Origin: Candidatus Pacearchaeota archaeon
GTDB lineage: Archaea > Nanobdellota > Nanobdellia > Pacearchaeales > GW2011-AR1
Reading direction: 5' to 3'
Assembly: GCA_026395815.1 (NCBI GenBank)
Contig: JAPLXZ010000016.1
Location: 51,698 to 115,697, forward strand
DNA length: 64,000 nucleotides
How positions within the stretch are numbered: the first letter of the stretch is position 1; each line of letters starts with the position of its first letter. Shown here in pieces: positions 50,223-60,185 of this stretch. A program made the position numbers and the translations under genes. The notes beneath the pieces are model-generated. The model saw nothing but the letters and a program-made list of their open reading frames with translations. It was not told the DNA's origin and ran no database searches.

Positions 50223-51185
50223 TTATATATTGCAACTATACTTTATTATCTTTCTTATAATTTGCTCACGAGTCATACCTGCTTTTTCTACTGCTGCAAT
50301 AAAACCTGCATCAGGAGAAATGCATGGATTTGAATTTATCTCCAAGACATAAGGAATTCCTTGCTCAGAAACTCTGAAGTCAACTCTTGCATACCCTCTT
50401 AAATCAAAAAGATTCCAGCAACTTTTACAGATAGATTCAAGATTTTTAATTAAATTCTGGTCTTCTTCTAAAAAATCAAAATTCCTTACTGTAGCAGAAT
50501 ATTCATGAGCATTTGGATTCCATTTTGCATCATAATCAACTATTTTTAATTTTCCTTCTTTCCAATCTTTAAATTGCATTTCAGCTATAGGCAGAACGAT
50601 TCCTTTAGAAATAAGGCCTATAATTGAGATATTAAATTCCCTTCCTTCAATATATTCTTCTGCAAAGAAATCAATACCTCTTGATTTAAGAGCCCTTTCT
50701 ACTGAGTCTTTATCCTGATAAAGAGTTGCTTCAAGACCCCTGGAAGCGTGGTCTGTTGCAGATTTAAGAAGAAATTTTCTTCCTTGAAGTTCTTCTTTAG
50801 ATAAATCTCCTAATGTTAGAAAATAAGGTGTTGTGATCCCATTTTCATTTAAAATATTTTTTGCTGAAATTTTATTAGCTGTTTTTACAAAAGCACTCTT
50901 TGTACATCCGGTGTATGGAACACCTTCTTGTTCAAAAACTTCTGGAGCAAGATAGCTTAAAGATTCTTTTCCATTAATAGCTTCGACAAGATTAAAAACA
51001 AATACAGGGCTTATTCTCTTGATTTCTTCTCTTGCTCTTTCTATATTGAAGGACCTTAAAATCGGTTCATAACTCATCTTAGATAGTATTTCTGAGACAA
51101 ATTTAGCTTCTTCAAGAACATCTAAATCGTCTGGAGTTGCTGTTTTAGGATCAATATCTGTGTGATAAATAATCAATTTTTCCAT
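50223..51185 (-). CDS. D-Ala-D-Ala ligase-like ATP-grasp protein
   Basis: VFNLVE, PYTG, EEYIEGREF, GYARVDFR and LEINSNP. Confidence 0.88.
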   Translation of the reverse strand: MEKLIIYHTDIDPKTATPDDLDVLEEAKFVSEILSKMSYEPILRSFNIERAREEIKRISPVFVFNLVEAINGKESLSYLAPEVFEQEGVPYTGCTKSAFVKTANKISAKNILNENGITTPYFLTLGDLSKEELQGRKFLLKSATDHASRGLEATLYQDKDSVERALKSRGIDFFAEEYIEGREFNISIIGLISKGIVLPIAEMQFKDWKEGKLKIVDYDAKWNPNAHEYSATVRNFDFLEEDQNLIKNLESICKSCWNLFDLRGYARVDFRVSEQGIPYVLEINSNPCISPDAGFIAAVEKAGMTREQIIRKIIKYSCNI

Positions 51186-51284
51186 TAAAGTTATTTTAAA
51201 TCAAGATTTAAAAGATTTTGCAAACACTTCAATTACTGTTGAAGCCTTCGCTGTATTTATAAATAAGTTTTTCTTAAGTTGTTT

Positions 51285-53783
51285 ATGGATGATAAATTTA
51301 TACTGATGAACTTAAATGACGAAAGGTCAAAGCACGTCGCTGAAATATTGGCTAATAAAACATGCAAAAAAATAATTGATTATTTAGCAGAAACAAAAGA
51401 AGCGAGCGAAAAAGATGTTTCTGATGCTCTTAAAATGCCAATAAATACTGTTGAATATAATCTAAAAAAATTATTGAAATCAGGACTTGTTGAAAAAACT
51501 AAGAATTTTTTCTGGAGCAAAAAAGGAAAAAAGATTCCTATGTATAAACTCGCAAAAAAACATATTGTCATAAGCCCTTCAAATTCAAAAAAACCAGACA
51601 TGAGCCTATTAAAAACACTAATCCCGGTAATTGTAATATCTGCAGTTATTTTAATGGCTGTACTATTAATGTTTCCTAAGGAAAATGTAATTCAAGGAAA
51701 CAGCAAACTAAAGCAATTTGGTTCTGATGGAGAACTAAGGGAATTCTTAAAATTCAATTCTGAAAATTATGAAATTTATTCTAATAACTTTGTAGGAAGA
51801 AGCGCAACAATGAGTCTAGCAGGAGATGGATTAGCTTTAGAATCTGCTGCTCCAGCTGCTGATACCTCATTGAAAGGTGGAGGAACAAGCGATTATTCAA
51901 CAACAAATATTCAAGTTGAAGGAGTTGACGAAGCAGATATTGTAAAGAATGATGGGGAATACATATATAGTGTTTCAGGAAACAGAGTAATCATAACAAA
52001 AGCATATCCAGCCGAGCAACTTGAAAATATAAGCGAGATTGAATTAGAAGGAATAAATGGAATTTTTGTTAATGGAAACAGATTAATTGTATTTACTAAT
52101 GATTATGGATATGGCGGATGTCTTAAGACTGCGGATGTTGCTGTTAGTTCAGCAGAAGGTGTAGAAAGTTTCGCACCTTGTAGTTATAACTCTGAACCAA
52201 AACTTTCAATTAATATTTATAATATTGAAGACAGAAAAAATCCAACATTGGAGAACAAATTGGATGTTGAAGGGAATTACATTAGCTCAAGAATGATTGA
52301 CAATTATGTTTATGTCATAGGAAACAAGTATGTTGACAATGCCAATCCAACACCACCTATTTATGCTATGAATGGAGTTGAAGCAAATGTAAGAGCAGAA
52401 GATGTTTATTATTGGGATTACCCCGATTACAATTATGTTTTCACAACAATAACTGCATTGAACATTGAAAATGGAAAATACGAAAACAAGGTTTACCTAA
52501 CTGGATACTCAAACACAATTTATGTTTCAGAGAAAAACATTTACTTTACAACAGACAAAAGAGTAGATTACAATTCTTTTGTAAAAGAATATGTTGAAAC
52601 TGTTGCTTTAAAGCTTATTCCTGGAAAAGATGATGAAATAAATAAGATTTTGGATTCTGATTTTCCTGATTATAAAAAGATGAGAGAAATTCAGGAGATT
52701 GTTTATGATTATTCTTATGATTTAAAAGGAAAAGAAAAGGAAGATTTTGACCAAAAACTTATGAAAAGATTAGACGAATTTAACGAAAAAATAAGCAAGG
52801 AAATGGAAAAGACACTTATTCACAAAGTAACAATAGACAAAACCAATATTGAATACACTGCACAAGGAGAAGTTTCAGGATATTTATTGAACCAATATTC
52901 AATGGATGAAAACGATGGAAATCTTAGAGTTGCTGTTACAACAGGAAACTGGGGGGATACAAACTTAAATCACTTATATGTTTTGGATAAAGACTTAAAG
53001 GTAATTGGAAGTCTTGAAGATTTGGCTAAAGGAGAAAGGATCTATTCTGTAAGATTCATGGGAGACAGGGCTTATATGGTTACATTCAAGCAAGTTGATC
53101 CTCTGTTTGTTATTGACTTGAAAAATCCTGAAAGTCCAAAAGTCTTAGGATACTTGAAAGTTACAGGTTATTCCAGTTATTTGCATCCTTATGATGAAAA
53201 TCACATAATTGGAATTGGAAAAGAAGCTGATGAAAACGGAAGAGTGCAAGGATTGAAAATTGCTCTTTTCGATGTTACTGATGTAGAAAATCCTGTTGAG
53301 GAAGCAAAATATGAAGTAGGAGCAGAATGGAGCGATGACTATTATCATTGGATAGATTCAGTTGCATTGTATGAGCCTAAAGCATTTTTATTTGACAAGA
53401 GCAAAGAACTTTTAGTTATTCCTGTAACTTATAATAAAAATAACAAGGAAAATTACAGCCTAATGGAAAGCTTCCAAGGAGCTTATGTTTTCAGTATAAA
53501 TCTAGAAGATGGAATAAAATTAAAAGGAAAAATAGAACACAGCGAAGAGAATACAGAAAATTGGTGGTATTATCCAAATGCAATCCAAAGAAGCCTTTAT
53601 ATGGATAATGTACTGTACACAATTTCAACTGCAAAGATAAAAGCAAATAGTCTAAGTGACTTGTCAGACATAAAAGAAATTGACCTTGGATATGAAGATA
53701 GTTATTATCCTTATCCCTTATACGACAAAGGAATAGGCGTTTCAGGAAGTTCTGGTTCTGAAGTTATTGCAGCTGTTGAATAA
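51285..53783 (+). CDS. wHTH - TM - secreted beta-propeller fusion protein
   Basis: N-terminal ArsR-like HTH (INTVEYNLKKLLKSGLV), one TM, then YSTTNIQVEGVDEADIVKNDG and GERIYSVRF...QVDPLFVIDL. Confidence 0.8.
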   Translation: MDDKFILMNLNDERSKHVAEILANKTCKKIIDYLAETKEASEKDVSDALKMPINTVEYNLKKLLKSGLVEKTKNFFWSKKGKKIPMYKLAKKHIVISPSNSKKPDMSLLKTLIPVIVISAVILMAVLLMFPKENVIQGNSKLKQFGSDGELREFLKFNSENYEIYSNNFVGRSATMSLAGDGLALESAAPAADTSLKGGGTSDYSTTNIQVEGVDEADIVKNDGEYIYSVSGNRVIITKAYPAEQLENISEIELEGINGIFVNGNRLIVFTNDYGYGGCLKTADVAVSSAEGVESFAPCSYNSEPKLSINIYNIEDRKNPTLENKLDVEGNYISSRMIDNYVYVIGNKYVDNANPTPPIYAMNGVEANVRAEDVYYWDYPDYNYVFTTITALNIENGKYENKVYLTGYSNTIYVSEKNIYFTTDKRVDYNSFVKEYVETVALKLIPGKDDEINKILDSDFPDYKKMREIQEIVYDYSYDLKGKEKEDFDQKLMKRLDEFNEKISKEMEKTLIHKVTIDKTNIEYTAQGEVSGYLLNQYSMDENDGNLRVAVTTGNWGDTNLNHLYVLDKDLKVIGSLEDLAKGERIYSVRFMGDRAYMVTFKQVDPLFVIDLKNPESPKVLGYLKVTGYSSYLHPYDENHIIGIGKEADENGRVQGLKIALFDVTDVENPVEEAKYEVGAEWSDDYYHWIDSVALYEPKAFLFDKSKELLVIPVTYNKNNKENYSLMESFQGAYVFSINLEDGIKLKGKIEHSEENTENWWYYPNAIQRSLYMDNVLYTISTAKIKANSLSDLSDIKEIDLGYEDSYYPYPLYDKGIGVSGSSGSEVIAAVE

Positions 53784-53838
53784 GTAAAAGAAAAAGATAA
53801 TAAACAAATTTAAAATACTTTAATGTCTAATTAATTGT

Positions 53839-54144
53839 ATGCTCAAAGAAGTAATCGGAGAAATCTTGAATGATTATATGTTTCTAAAGCGTTTATCTCC
53901 AAAAAACGAATTATTAAAATATTTTCTTGTGGAAGGAAATTCATTCAAAAACAATCCTAATACAGAGATTTGTGAAGAGTTTGCTGAAAGATTCAAGGGA
54001 GATTTTCCAACACTAGAAGAATTAAAGAAAAATAAGATAGAAGTAAATTATGAGAAATATTCTTTCCAATTCTCTTTAAACACTCTTGTAAATTACACAG
54101 ATTGTTTAGAAGGAGCAATTCAATTTGCTCTGATGATGAACTAA
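53839..54144 (+). CDS. Hypothetical protein
   Basis: 101-aa ORF with a TATA-like upstream element. Confidence 0.6.
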   Translation: MLKEVIGEILNDYMFLKRLSPKNELLKYFLVEGNSFKNNPNTEICEEFAERFKGDFPTLEELKKNKIEVNYEKYSFQFSLNTLVNYTDCLEGAIQFALMMN

Positions 54145-54147
54145 CAG

Positions 54148-54278
54148 CTCGTGGGGGCGTGTTACCTAAGGTTAATAATCTCACATGGTTTTTTCGTTTT
54201 ATCGACGGAAATCCATTTCGTGTTTTTCTCGCTATTTTTGGGGCTTTTTACTGAATTTTGCTGGTTAAACGCTCCCCG
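54148..54278 (+). repeat. ~130-bp element with imperfect terminal inverted repeats, copy A (MITE-like)
   Basis: CTCGTGGGGGCGTGTTACC...GGTTAAACGCTCCCCG; colinear with 54985-55116. Confidence 0.85.
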
Positions 54279-54381
54279 CATTTTCCTAAATTTGAGTCGT
54301 TAAGTTAGAGGAAAATGGGTGGCTAAGTGATTCCTAGAGCGAAATAGAAAATTTTATAATCTAACAAAATCTTAAGCTTAT

Positions 54382-54867
54382 ATGAACTATGTATTAACCT
54401 TTGGATATATTGGGCATGAAACTAAGATGGGTGGAAGTTCAACTGCTATAAAAAATGAAAATGAACCTATTATTTCTCTTGAAAAAGTAATAAAAATTTT
54501 TAATATTGATAAAGATCTAAATGTTAAGGTTGATTTTGGTTTAGTTTATCAAGGTAATAAATCAAATAAAAAAGAGATTAATAGTCTTTGGAATGAACTT
54601 GTATCTAAAAAACAACCTTGGAAACCAATAAGGGAGAAATTAAATAAATTATTAGAATTAGGAGAATTATTACTTCCAATAGCTTTTGAAATATTTAATG
54701 AAAAAATTCATATAGAAATAGTGGATGGGGAGCATACCATGTCAGTAGCATCAGAAGATTTAACAAAAATAAGTGAATTAAAGGAGTCATTAGAAAAAGA
54801 ATTGGATAAACGAACAACCCCTTATGGAAATGTCGGGCATCCTAAAATAAATTTAACTAAAAAATAA
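54382..54867 (+). CDS. Hypothetical protein
   Basis: 161-aa ORF between repeat elements. Confidence 0.7.
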   Translation: MNYVLTFGYIGHETKMGGSSTAIKNENEPIISLEKVIKIFNIDKDLNVKVDFGLVYQGNKSNKKEINSLWNELVSKKQPWKPIREKLNKLLELGELLLPIAFEIFNEKIHIEIVDGEHTMSVASEDLTKISELKESLEKELDKRTTPYGNVGHPKINLTKK

Positions 54868-54984
54868 CTCTTCCAGATAAATTCTTAATGGTTAAACGCT
54901 CCCGAAAGATGGTGCTATAACTCTTATCATATCCTGTGTATCAAAATGTGTTATAAATCATGTAATAAAAAGTATTACACGGAT

Positions 54985-55116
54985 CTCGTTGGGAGCATGT
55001 TACCTAAGGTTAACAATCTCACATGGTTTTTTCGCTTTACCGTCGGAAATCCATTTCACATATTTTTCGCTGTTTTGAGGGCTTTTTACTGAATTTTGCT
55101 AGTTAAACGCTCCCCG
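54985..55116 (+). repeat. ~130-bp element, copy B
   Basis: Roughly 85% identical to copy A by eye. Confidence 0.85.
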
Positions 55117-55246
55117 AGAGCGTTATTTTAATGAAAAATGCCAAAGTTCCTAAAAAACATTGATTAAAAACATGAAAAAACCTTATCGTCGAGAAACCAT
55201 TCAATTTACTCGTGAGAACCTTAACCTAAGGTTAATCATCTCGTGA
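55112..55246 (-). repeat. Diverged inverted copy C of the element
   Basis: Reverse strand reads TTAACCTTAGGTTAA..TCTCAC..ATGGTTT...TAACGCTCTCGGGG, the same motif order as A and B. Confidence 0.55.
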
Positions 55247-55347
55247 AGGCATTAAATTTAAATAGGAGATTTATTATAAAAAGATAAGGAAAAACATAAC
55301 ATGCCAATAATCATAAATAATCCAAACGGAATGAATCTTCCATTAAA

Positions 55348-55536
55348 ATGACAATTTCTCCTCCAAATATGGTGCCTGCTGGAAGTTTGAATATTCCACT
55401 ATTTGAACCGCCATATGTACTACCGCTAAAGATAGATATGCCAAAATATGAACCACTACCATTACTACCAATCATAAAACTAGACACAGATTTTAAACCA
55501 AAACGTAAAAAACTTCCTTGGGAAAGCGATTGGTAG
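55348..55536 (+). CDS. Small Pro-rich hypothetical protein
   Basis: 62 aa; a 16-codon ORF from 55301 overlaps its start (ATGA). Confidence 0.4.
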   Translation: MTISPPNMVPAGSLNIPLFEPPYVLPLKIDMPKYEPLPLLPIIKLDTDFKPKRKKLPWESDW

Positions 55537-55568
55537 TTAAATCTTATTTATACTGTTCCTTTACTTTT

Positions 55569-58142
55569 CTACTCAATTCCTTTTATATGCAACTCATGCA
55601 TTCTCTTTAAGAATTTCTGCTTATCTTCTATTCTTATCATGTCAGAATGTCCTTGGATAATTATGCCTAAGGCAAAGGGGGAAGGAAGAGGAGTATCTAC
55701 AATTTTTAATTTAACTCTGCCTTCTTTAATCCAATTTAAAACAAGTTTTGTATTCTCTATATCCATTAAATCTTCCAAAACTTCTCTCCTTGCTTCTCTT
55801 AGAATTGGAAATTCTGAAGATATCTTTTTTACAGCATTCAATAAGAAATGAGATTTCATTTGCTGCTTGCCTACAGATCTTTTCACTCCCTTATAATTTC
55901 TAAGGATCATAAGAGAACGAGTAGCGCAATGCCTGAATCTTCTTGCTAAAACATCGGATTTCTCTATCGCCTCTTTCAAAACCTCTTCTAAATTTTCAGG
56001 CTTTAGAAAATTCATGACTTTTTCCAGATTCATTTTCTCACCACAAATGTAAAAACTGTTGTCATTGATTCCTATTTCAATATCTCTTGTTTCCGATCTT
56101 CCTAGCAAATATCCTATTGCCCTTGACAAAGCATCATTAACTCTTCTGCCGTACATGCTATGAAAAATTAAATAATTTTTCTCTGATTTGTATCTTTCAA
56201 TAAGAAGAGTGTTTGAATCAGGAATTTCCAAATAATGATATTGTTCATAAAAATAGTCATACATTGTTTTTGCAGTGCTTTCATCAACATACAAATATTC
56301 CTGAATAAAGTCTTCTATTTCTTTTTCATTTCTTTTGCCCTTGAACTTTTCATTCATCAAAGTTCTGAATCTATTTATTTCCAAAGCAGAATCAAAACTT
56401 AATGGGAGCATTTCACTAAACCAGGAAGGTATTGTGGGAGACCTGTCAATAGCTGATTTGACATAAACATTCATGCCTCTTGTATAAAGATAAACATATT
56501 TTTTTCCTCCAAGAACAAAAACGTCTCCTTTTTTCATCCTTTCCAAAAATCCCTCGTCAATTGCTCCAATTTGCTCTCCTGCAGGAGCAAGTTTCACTGT
56601 TATAAAAGATTCTTCTGGAATTGTTCCTATATTTGTCAAGTATAAAACACGCGCCATTTTTCCTCTTTTTCCTATTTGGTTTGTTTTATTGTCATACCAT
56701 ATCTTTCCATAAATATTATTTTTTTCTAATGTATATTCTCCTGATAGATAAGAAATTACGTCAAAGAAATCTGCTCTTGGCAATCTAGAGTAGCAATAAC
56801 TCTTTTTTATTAAAGCAAAAAGTTCGTTAACATTCCAAATTTTATAAATTGCCATACCAAAAATCTGCTGGCTTAAAACATCAAGGCAATTTTTTGGAAA
56901 ATAAATTTTATTTATTTTCTTTTCAAGCATTTCTTTTTGGATTATTGAACATTCAACTAAATCATCTCTTTCTAAAACAATAAATCTTCCTTTTGCAGTT
57001 TCATTTAATCTATGCCCTGCTCTTCCTAACCTTTGCAATGCTCTTGCAGAACTTTTTGGAGAGCCAAGCATTATTACTAATCCAATATAGCCAATATCTA
57101 TTCCCAATTCTAAACTAGTGGAACAAACAACAACTTTCAATTTTCCATCCCTTAATCTTTCTTCTATATCAAACCTATGGCTCTTTGAAAGAGAAGAATG
57201 GTGAGCAGCGATTGTATCATCTCCATATTCAGTAGGAAACTTTTCTTTTAGATGATTAACAACTCTTTCGGTTGCAGAACGGGTATTAGTGAATATAAGA
57301 GTTGTTTTGTGTTCTTTTATAAGTGAATCAATTAAATTGTACATAGTTTCTCCAAGATTTTCCTCGTTTATCAAATCTCCAACACTCAAAACTTTAACAT
57401 CTATCTTTTTAACCATCTTAATATCTGCTATGCAAACTTCTCTTTCTTCTTCTATTCCAACAAGGAATTTTGCAACTTCTTCTAATGGAGCAATAGTCGC
57501 ACTAAGCCCTATTTTTACAGGCCAGATGTTGCTAAGTTCATTCAATCTTTCTAAAGTAATACTCAAATATGCACCTCTTTTATTGTCTAAAGCATGAATT
57601 TCATCAACAACACAAAATTCAACTGCCTTAAGATAATCAACGAATTTTTTTGAAGTAAGAAGTATAGCAAGAGATTCAGGAGTTGTTACAAGAATATGGG
57701 GAGAGTTTTTAGCCATTTTGGCTCTTTCTGCTATAGTTGTGTCCCCTGTTCTTAATCCTACTCTTATTTTTTGCAGTTTTACTCCCTTTTTTTCAGCAAG
57801 TTCGTAAATTCCTTCCAATGGCTCTATAAGATTTTTATGAATGTCATTGCTCAAGGCTTTTAGAGGAGAAGTATAAACAGCATAAATTCTATTTTCAAGT
57901 TGATTTTTCTCTGCGAGTATAATTAGATAATTAAGAATTGAAAGAAAAGCAGTTAAGGTTTTTGTTCCTCCTGTAGGAGCAGAAATTAGAATATTTCTTC
58001 TATTCCAGATATTTAAAACCCCATATTTTTGCGGAGGGGAAAAATCTTGGAATTTTGAAAAAAACCATTCGCTAACTAAAGGATGCAAAACTTTCTTTAT
58101 TTCAGAGTCTTCAAACTCCTTGGCAAGAGATATTTGTGTCAT
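55569..58142 (-). CDS. lhr: Lhr family SF2 helicase
   Basis: APTGGTKT, TTPESL, DEIH, HHSSL, SLELGIDIG and QRLGRAGH. Confidence 0.93.
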   Translation of the reverse strand: MTQISLAKEFEDSEIKKVLHPLVSEWFFSKFQDFSPPQKYGVLNIWNRRNILISAPTGGTKTLTAFLSILNYLIILAEKNQLENRIYAVYTSPLKALSNDIHKNLIEPLEGIYELAEKKGVKLQKIRVGLRTGDTTIAERAKMAKNSPHILVTTPESLAILLTSKKFVDYLKAVEFCVVDEIHALDNKRGAYLSITLERLNELSNIWPVKIGLSATIAPLEEVAKFLVGIEEEREVCIADIKMVKKIDVKVLSVGDLINEENLGETMYNLIDSLIKEHKTTLIFTNTRSATERVVNHLKEKFPTEYGDDTIAAHHSSLSKSHRFDIEERLRDGKLKVVVCSTSLELGIDIGYIGLVIMLGSPKSSARALQRLGRAGHRLNETAKGRFIVLERDDLVECSIIQKEMLEKKINKIYFPKNCLDVLSQQIFGMAIYKIWNVNELFALIKKSYCYSRLPRADFFDVISYLSGEYTLEKNNIYGKIWYDNKTNQIGKRGKMARVLYLTNIGTIPEESFITVKLAPAGEQIGAIDEGFLERMKKGDVFVLGGKKYVYLYTRGMNVYVKSAIDRSPTIPSWFSEMLPLSFDSALEINRFRTLMNEKFKGKRNEKEIEDFIQEYLYVDESTAKTMYDYFYEQYHYLEIPDSNTLLIERYKSEKNYLIFHSMYGRRVNDALSRAIGYLLGRSETRDIEIGINDNSFYICGEKMNLEKVMNFLKPENLEEVLKEAIEKSDVLARRFRHCATRSLMILRNYKGVKRSVGKQQMKSHFLLNAVKKISSEFPILREARREVLEDLMDIENTKLVLNWIKEGRVKLKIVDTPLPSPFALGIIIQGHSDMIRIEDKQKFLKRMHELHIKGIE

Positions 58143-58239
58143 GATTATAAAAATCTCCTTCGGATAGATAAACCTTCGGTTTTTAAAATGTATTGTTAAT
58201 TATACAAAATAATTTAAAGGAAAAAATATATTTTTAATT

Positions 58240-58521
58240 ATGTTATCTATGAATGATAGTGAGTATGAAGTATTAAAAAAATATAGGTCTGGTGCAATTT
58301 TAGATACCAAGGATAGATATATTGTTGATGAATTAACAAGCACTGGCTTTATGACTACTGGGTTTAGAGATTCAGAAAAAAAAGAAAGTGGTTTAAAAGA
58401 AAAAACAATAGTTGAAGAAATTGCTGGTTTGAGCAAGTTGGGAATAGGATTGTATAGGTGGGAAAGCATAAAAAGAAGCCTTATTAGAAAACGGTTTCAT
58501 AACTTTATTCATAGCATCTAA
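58240..58521 (+). CDS. Hypothetical protein
   Basis: 93-aa ORF. Confidence 0.55.
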   Translation: MLSMNDSEYEVLKKYRSGAILDTKDRYIVDELTSTGFMTTGFRDSEKKESGLKEKTIVEEIAGLSKLGIGLYRWESIKRSLIRKRFHNFIHSI

Positions 58522-58553
58522 ATTATATTTTTAATGTATGAGTGATACCAAAC

Positions 58554-58585
58554 CTTTATAAACATATATGAAATAGGTTTCATAT
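58554..58585 (+). promoter_or_regulatory. TATA box plus palindromic operator at the ArsR start
   Basis: CTTTATAAA, then ATATGAAA-TAGG-TTTCATAT (58566-58585). Confidence 0.7.
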
Positions 58586-58940
58586 GAATAAATGCACATG
58601 TAACCTAAACCCTTATCTGAATCATTATAGCTATCATATATTCTTTACAAATCTTGCCAATGAATTAAAGATCGGCATAATCTTAAGTCTTCGAAAAAAA
58701 GAGAAGAACGTTACAGAGATTGTAAAAGACTTAAAGGTTGAACAAAGCAAGATTTCTCATGCTCTTATATCTTTAAAAAAATGCAACATTGTAAATGTGA
58801 AGCAAAAAGGAAAAAAGAGAATTTATTTCCTGAATAAAGATACAATTGTTCCTATCTTAGAACTTATAGACAAGCACGCATTTACTCATTGCAAAAATAA
58901 ATGTTGTGTAAAAGAGAATAATAAAGAAAAATCAAAATGA
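58584..58940 (+). CDS. ArsR/SmtB family transcriptional regulator
   Basis: FFTNLANELK...QSKISHAL..LK wHTH; Cys/His-rich termini (CTC, HCKNKCC). Confidence 0.9.
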   Translation: MNKCTCNLNPYLNHYSYHIFFTNLANELKIGIILSLRKKEKNVTEIVKDLKVEQSKISHALISLKKCNIVNVKQKGKKRIYFLNKDTIVPILELIDKHAFTHCKNKCCVKENNKEKSK

Positions 58941-60079
58941 AACAAATATATCTGGATAATGCCGCTACAACAAAAGTAGATGAAGAAGTTTTGAGAACAA
59001 TGCTTCCTTATTTTAATGAGAAATATGGAAATGCTTCTTCAACTCATTTTAAAGGACAAGAAGCTAAAGCGGCTTTGGAAAAAAGCAGAAAAATCATTGC
59101 AAATGCAATAGGAGCAAGAAGCCATGAGATTATTTTCACTTCTGGAGGAACAGAATCAAATAATTTTGCAATAAAGGGCTTATTTTTCTCTAATTATCCT
59201 CAAAAAAATCATATTATAACAACAAAGATAGAACACGATTGCGTATTGAACACTTGCAAATGGCTTGAAAGTCAAGGAGCGAGAGTCACTTATTTAGATG
59301 TCGATTCAAACGGATTCATCAGTTTAGAAGAATTTGAAAAAGCTATAACAAACAAAACAATGTTAGTTTCAGTCATTCATGGAAATAATGAAATAGGAAC
59401 AATTCAAAACTTAGAAGCAATCGGAAAGATATGCAGAAAAAGAGGAATTTTCCTTCATACTGATGCTTGCCAAAGCTTCACAAAAACCCTATTGAATGTA
59501 AAAAAACAGAATCTTGACTTAGTGACCTTGAATGCTCATAAGATTCACGGGCCAAAAGGAGTTGGAGCATTATACATAAGAGATGGAATTAAAATCACTC
59601 CAATAAGTCATGGCGGCGGACATGAAAGGAAATTAAGAAGCGGAACAGAAAACATTCCTGGAATTGTCGGATTTGCAAAAGCAGTTGAAGTTGCTAATAG
59701 AAAAGACATTGAAAAAATGACCAAATTAAGAGACAGAATAATAGATAGCATATTAAAGATTCCAAATACAAAATTAAACGGAGCAAAAGAAAAAAGACTT
59801 TGCAACAATGTTAACATTTCTTTCAGCAATATTGAAGGCGAGGCTATTGGGGGTTATTTGGAAAATTATGGAATCTGCACATCTACAGGAAGTGCATGTT
59901 CATCACACTCATTAGAAACTAGTCATGTTTTGAAGGCTATTGGTTTAACACCAATACAATCTAACAGTTCATTAAGAATAACAATTAGCAAATACACGAC
60001 TGATGAAGAAATAGACTATTTCCTTGAAATGCTTTCAAGAATAGTAGAAAAATTGAGAAGGATAAGCCCAATAAAATAG
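58937..60079 (+). CDS. iscS: Cysteine desulfurase
   Basis: YLDNAATT, HTDACQ, AHKIHGPKG and STGSACSS. Confidence 0.96.
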   Translation: MKQIYLDNAATTKVDEEVLRTMLPYFNEKYGNASSTHFKGQEAKAALEKSRKIIANAIGARSHEIIFTSGGTESNNFAIKGLFFSNYPQKNHIITTKIEHDCVLNTCKWLESQGARVTYLDVDSNGFISLEEFEKAITNKTMLVSVIHGNNEIGTIQNLEAIGKICRKRGIFLHTDACQSFTKTLLNVKKQNLDLVTLNAHKIHGPKGVGALYIRDGIKITPISHGGGHERKLRSGTENIPGIVGFAKAVEVANRKDIEKMTKLRDRIIDSILKIPNTKLNGAKEKRLCNNVNISFSNIEGEAIGGYLENYGICTSTGSACSSHSLETSHVLKAIGLTPIQSNSSLRITISKYTTDEEIDYFLEMLSRIVEKLRRISPIK

Positions 60080-60093
60080 AGGAGAAAAATAAC

Positions 60094-60183
60094 ATGAAAA
60101 ACAAAAAATGCAAATGTTGCGGATGCAATCCATGTAGATATAGTCCAACATGCAAATGTTGTAAATGCAAAAAAGAGAAGTAA
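60094..60183 (+). CDS. Metallothionein-like 29-aa peptide
   Basis: Manual translation MKNKKCKCCGCNPCRYSPTCKCCKCKKEK; GAGGAG SD upstream; fills the gap between iscS and the DUF1858 gene. Confidence 0.7.
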   Translation: MKNKKCKCCGCNPCRYSPTCKCCKCKKEK

Positions 60184-60185
60184 AA

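Noticed and set aside
54148..55246. Possible CRISPR array
   Set aside because: Units are ~130 bp, few, irregularly spaced and partly inverted, and no cas genes are present
55301..55351. Possible frameshift joining a 16-codon ORF to the Pro-rich ORF
   Set aside because: Cannot be distinguished from a simple ATGA overlap or chance without homologs
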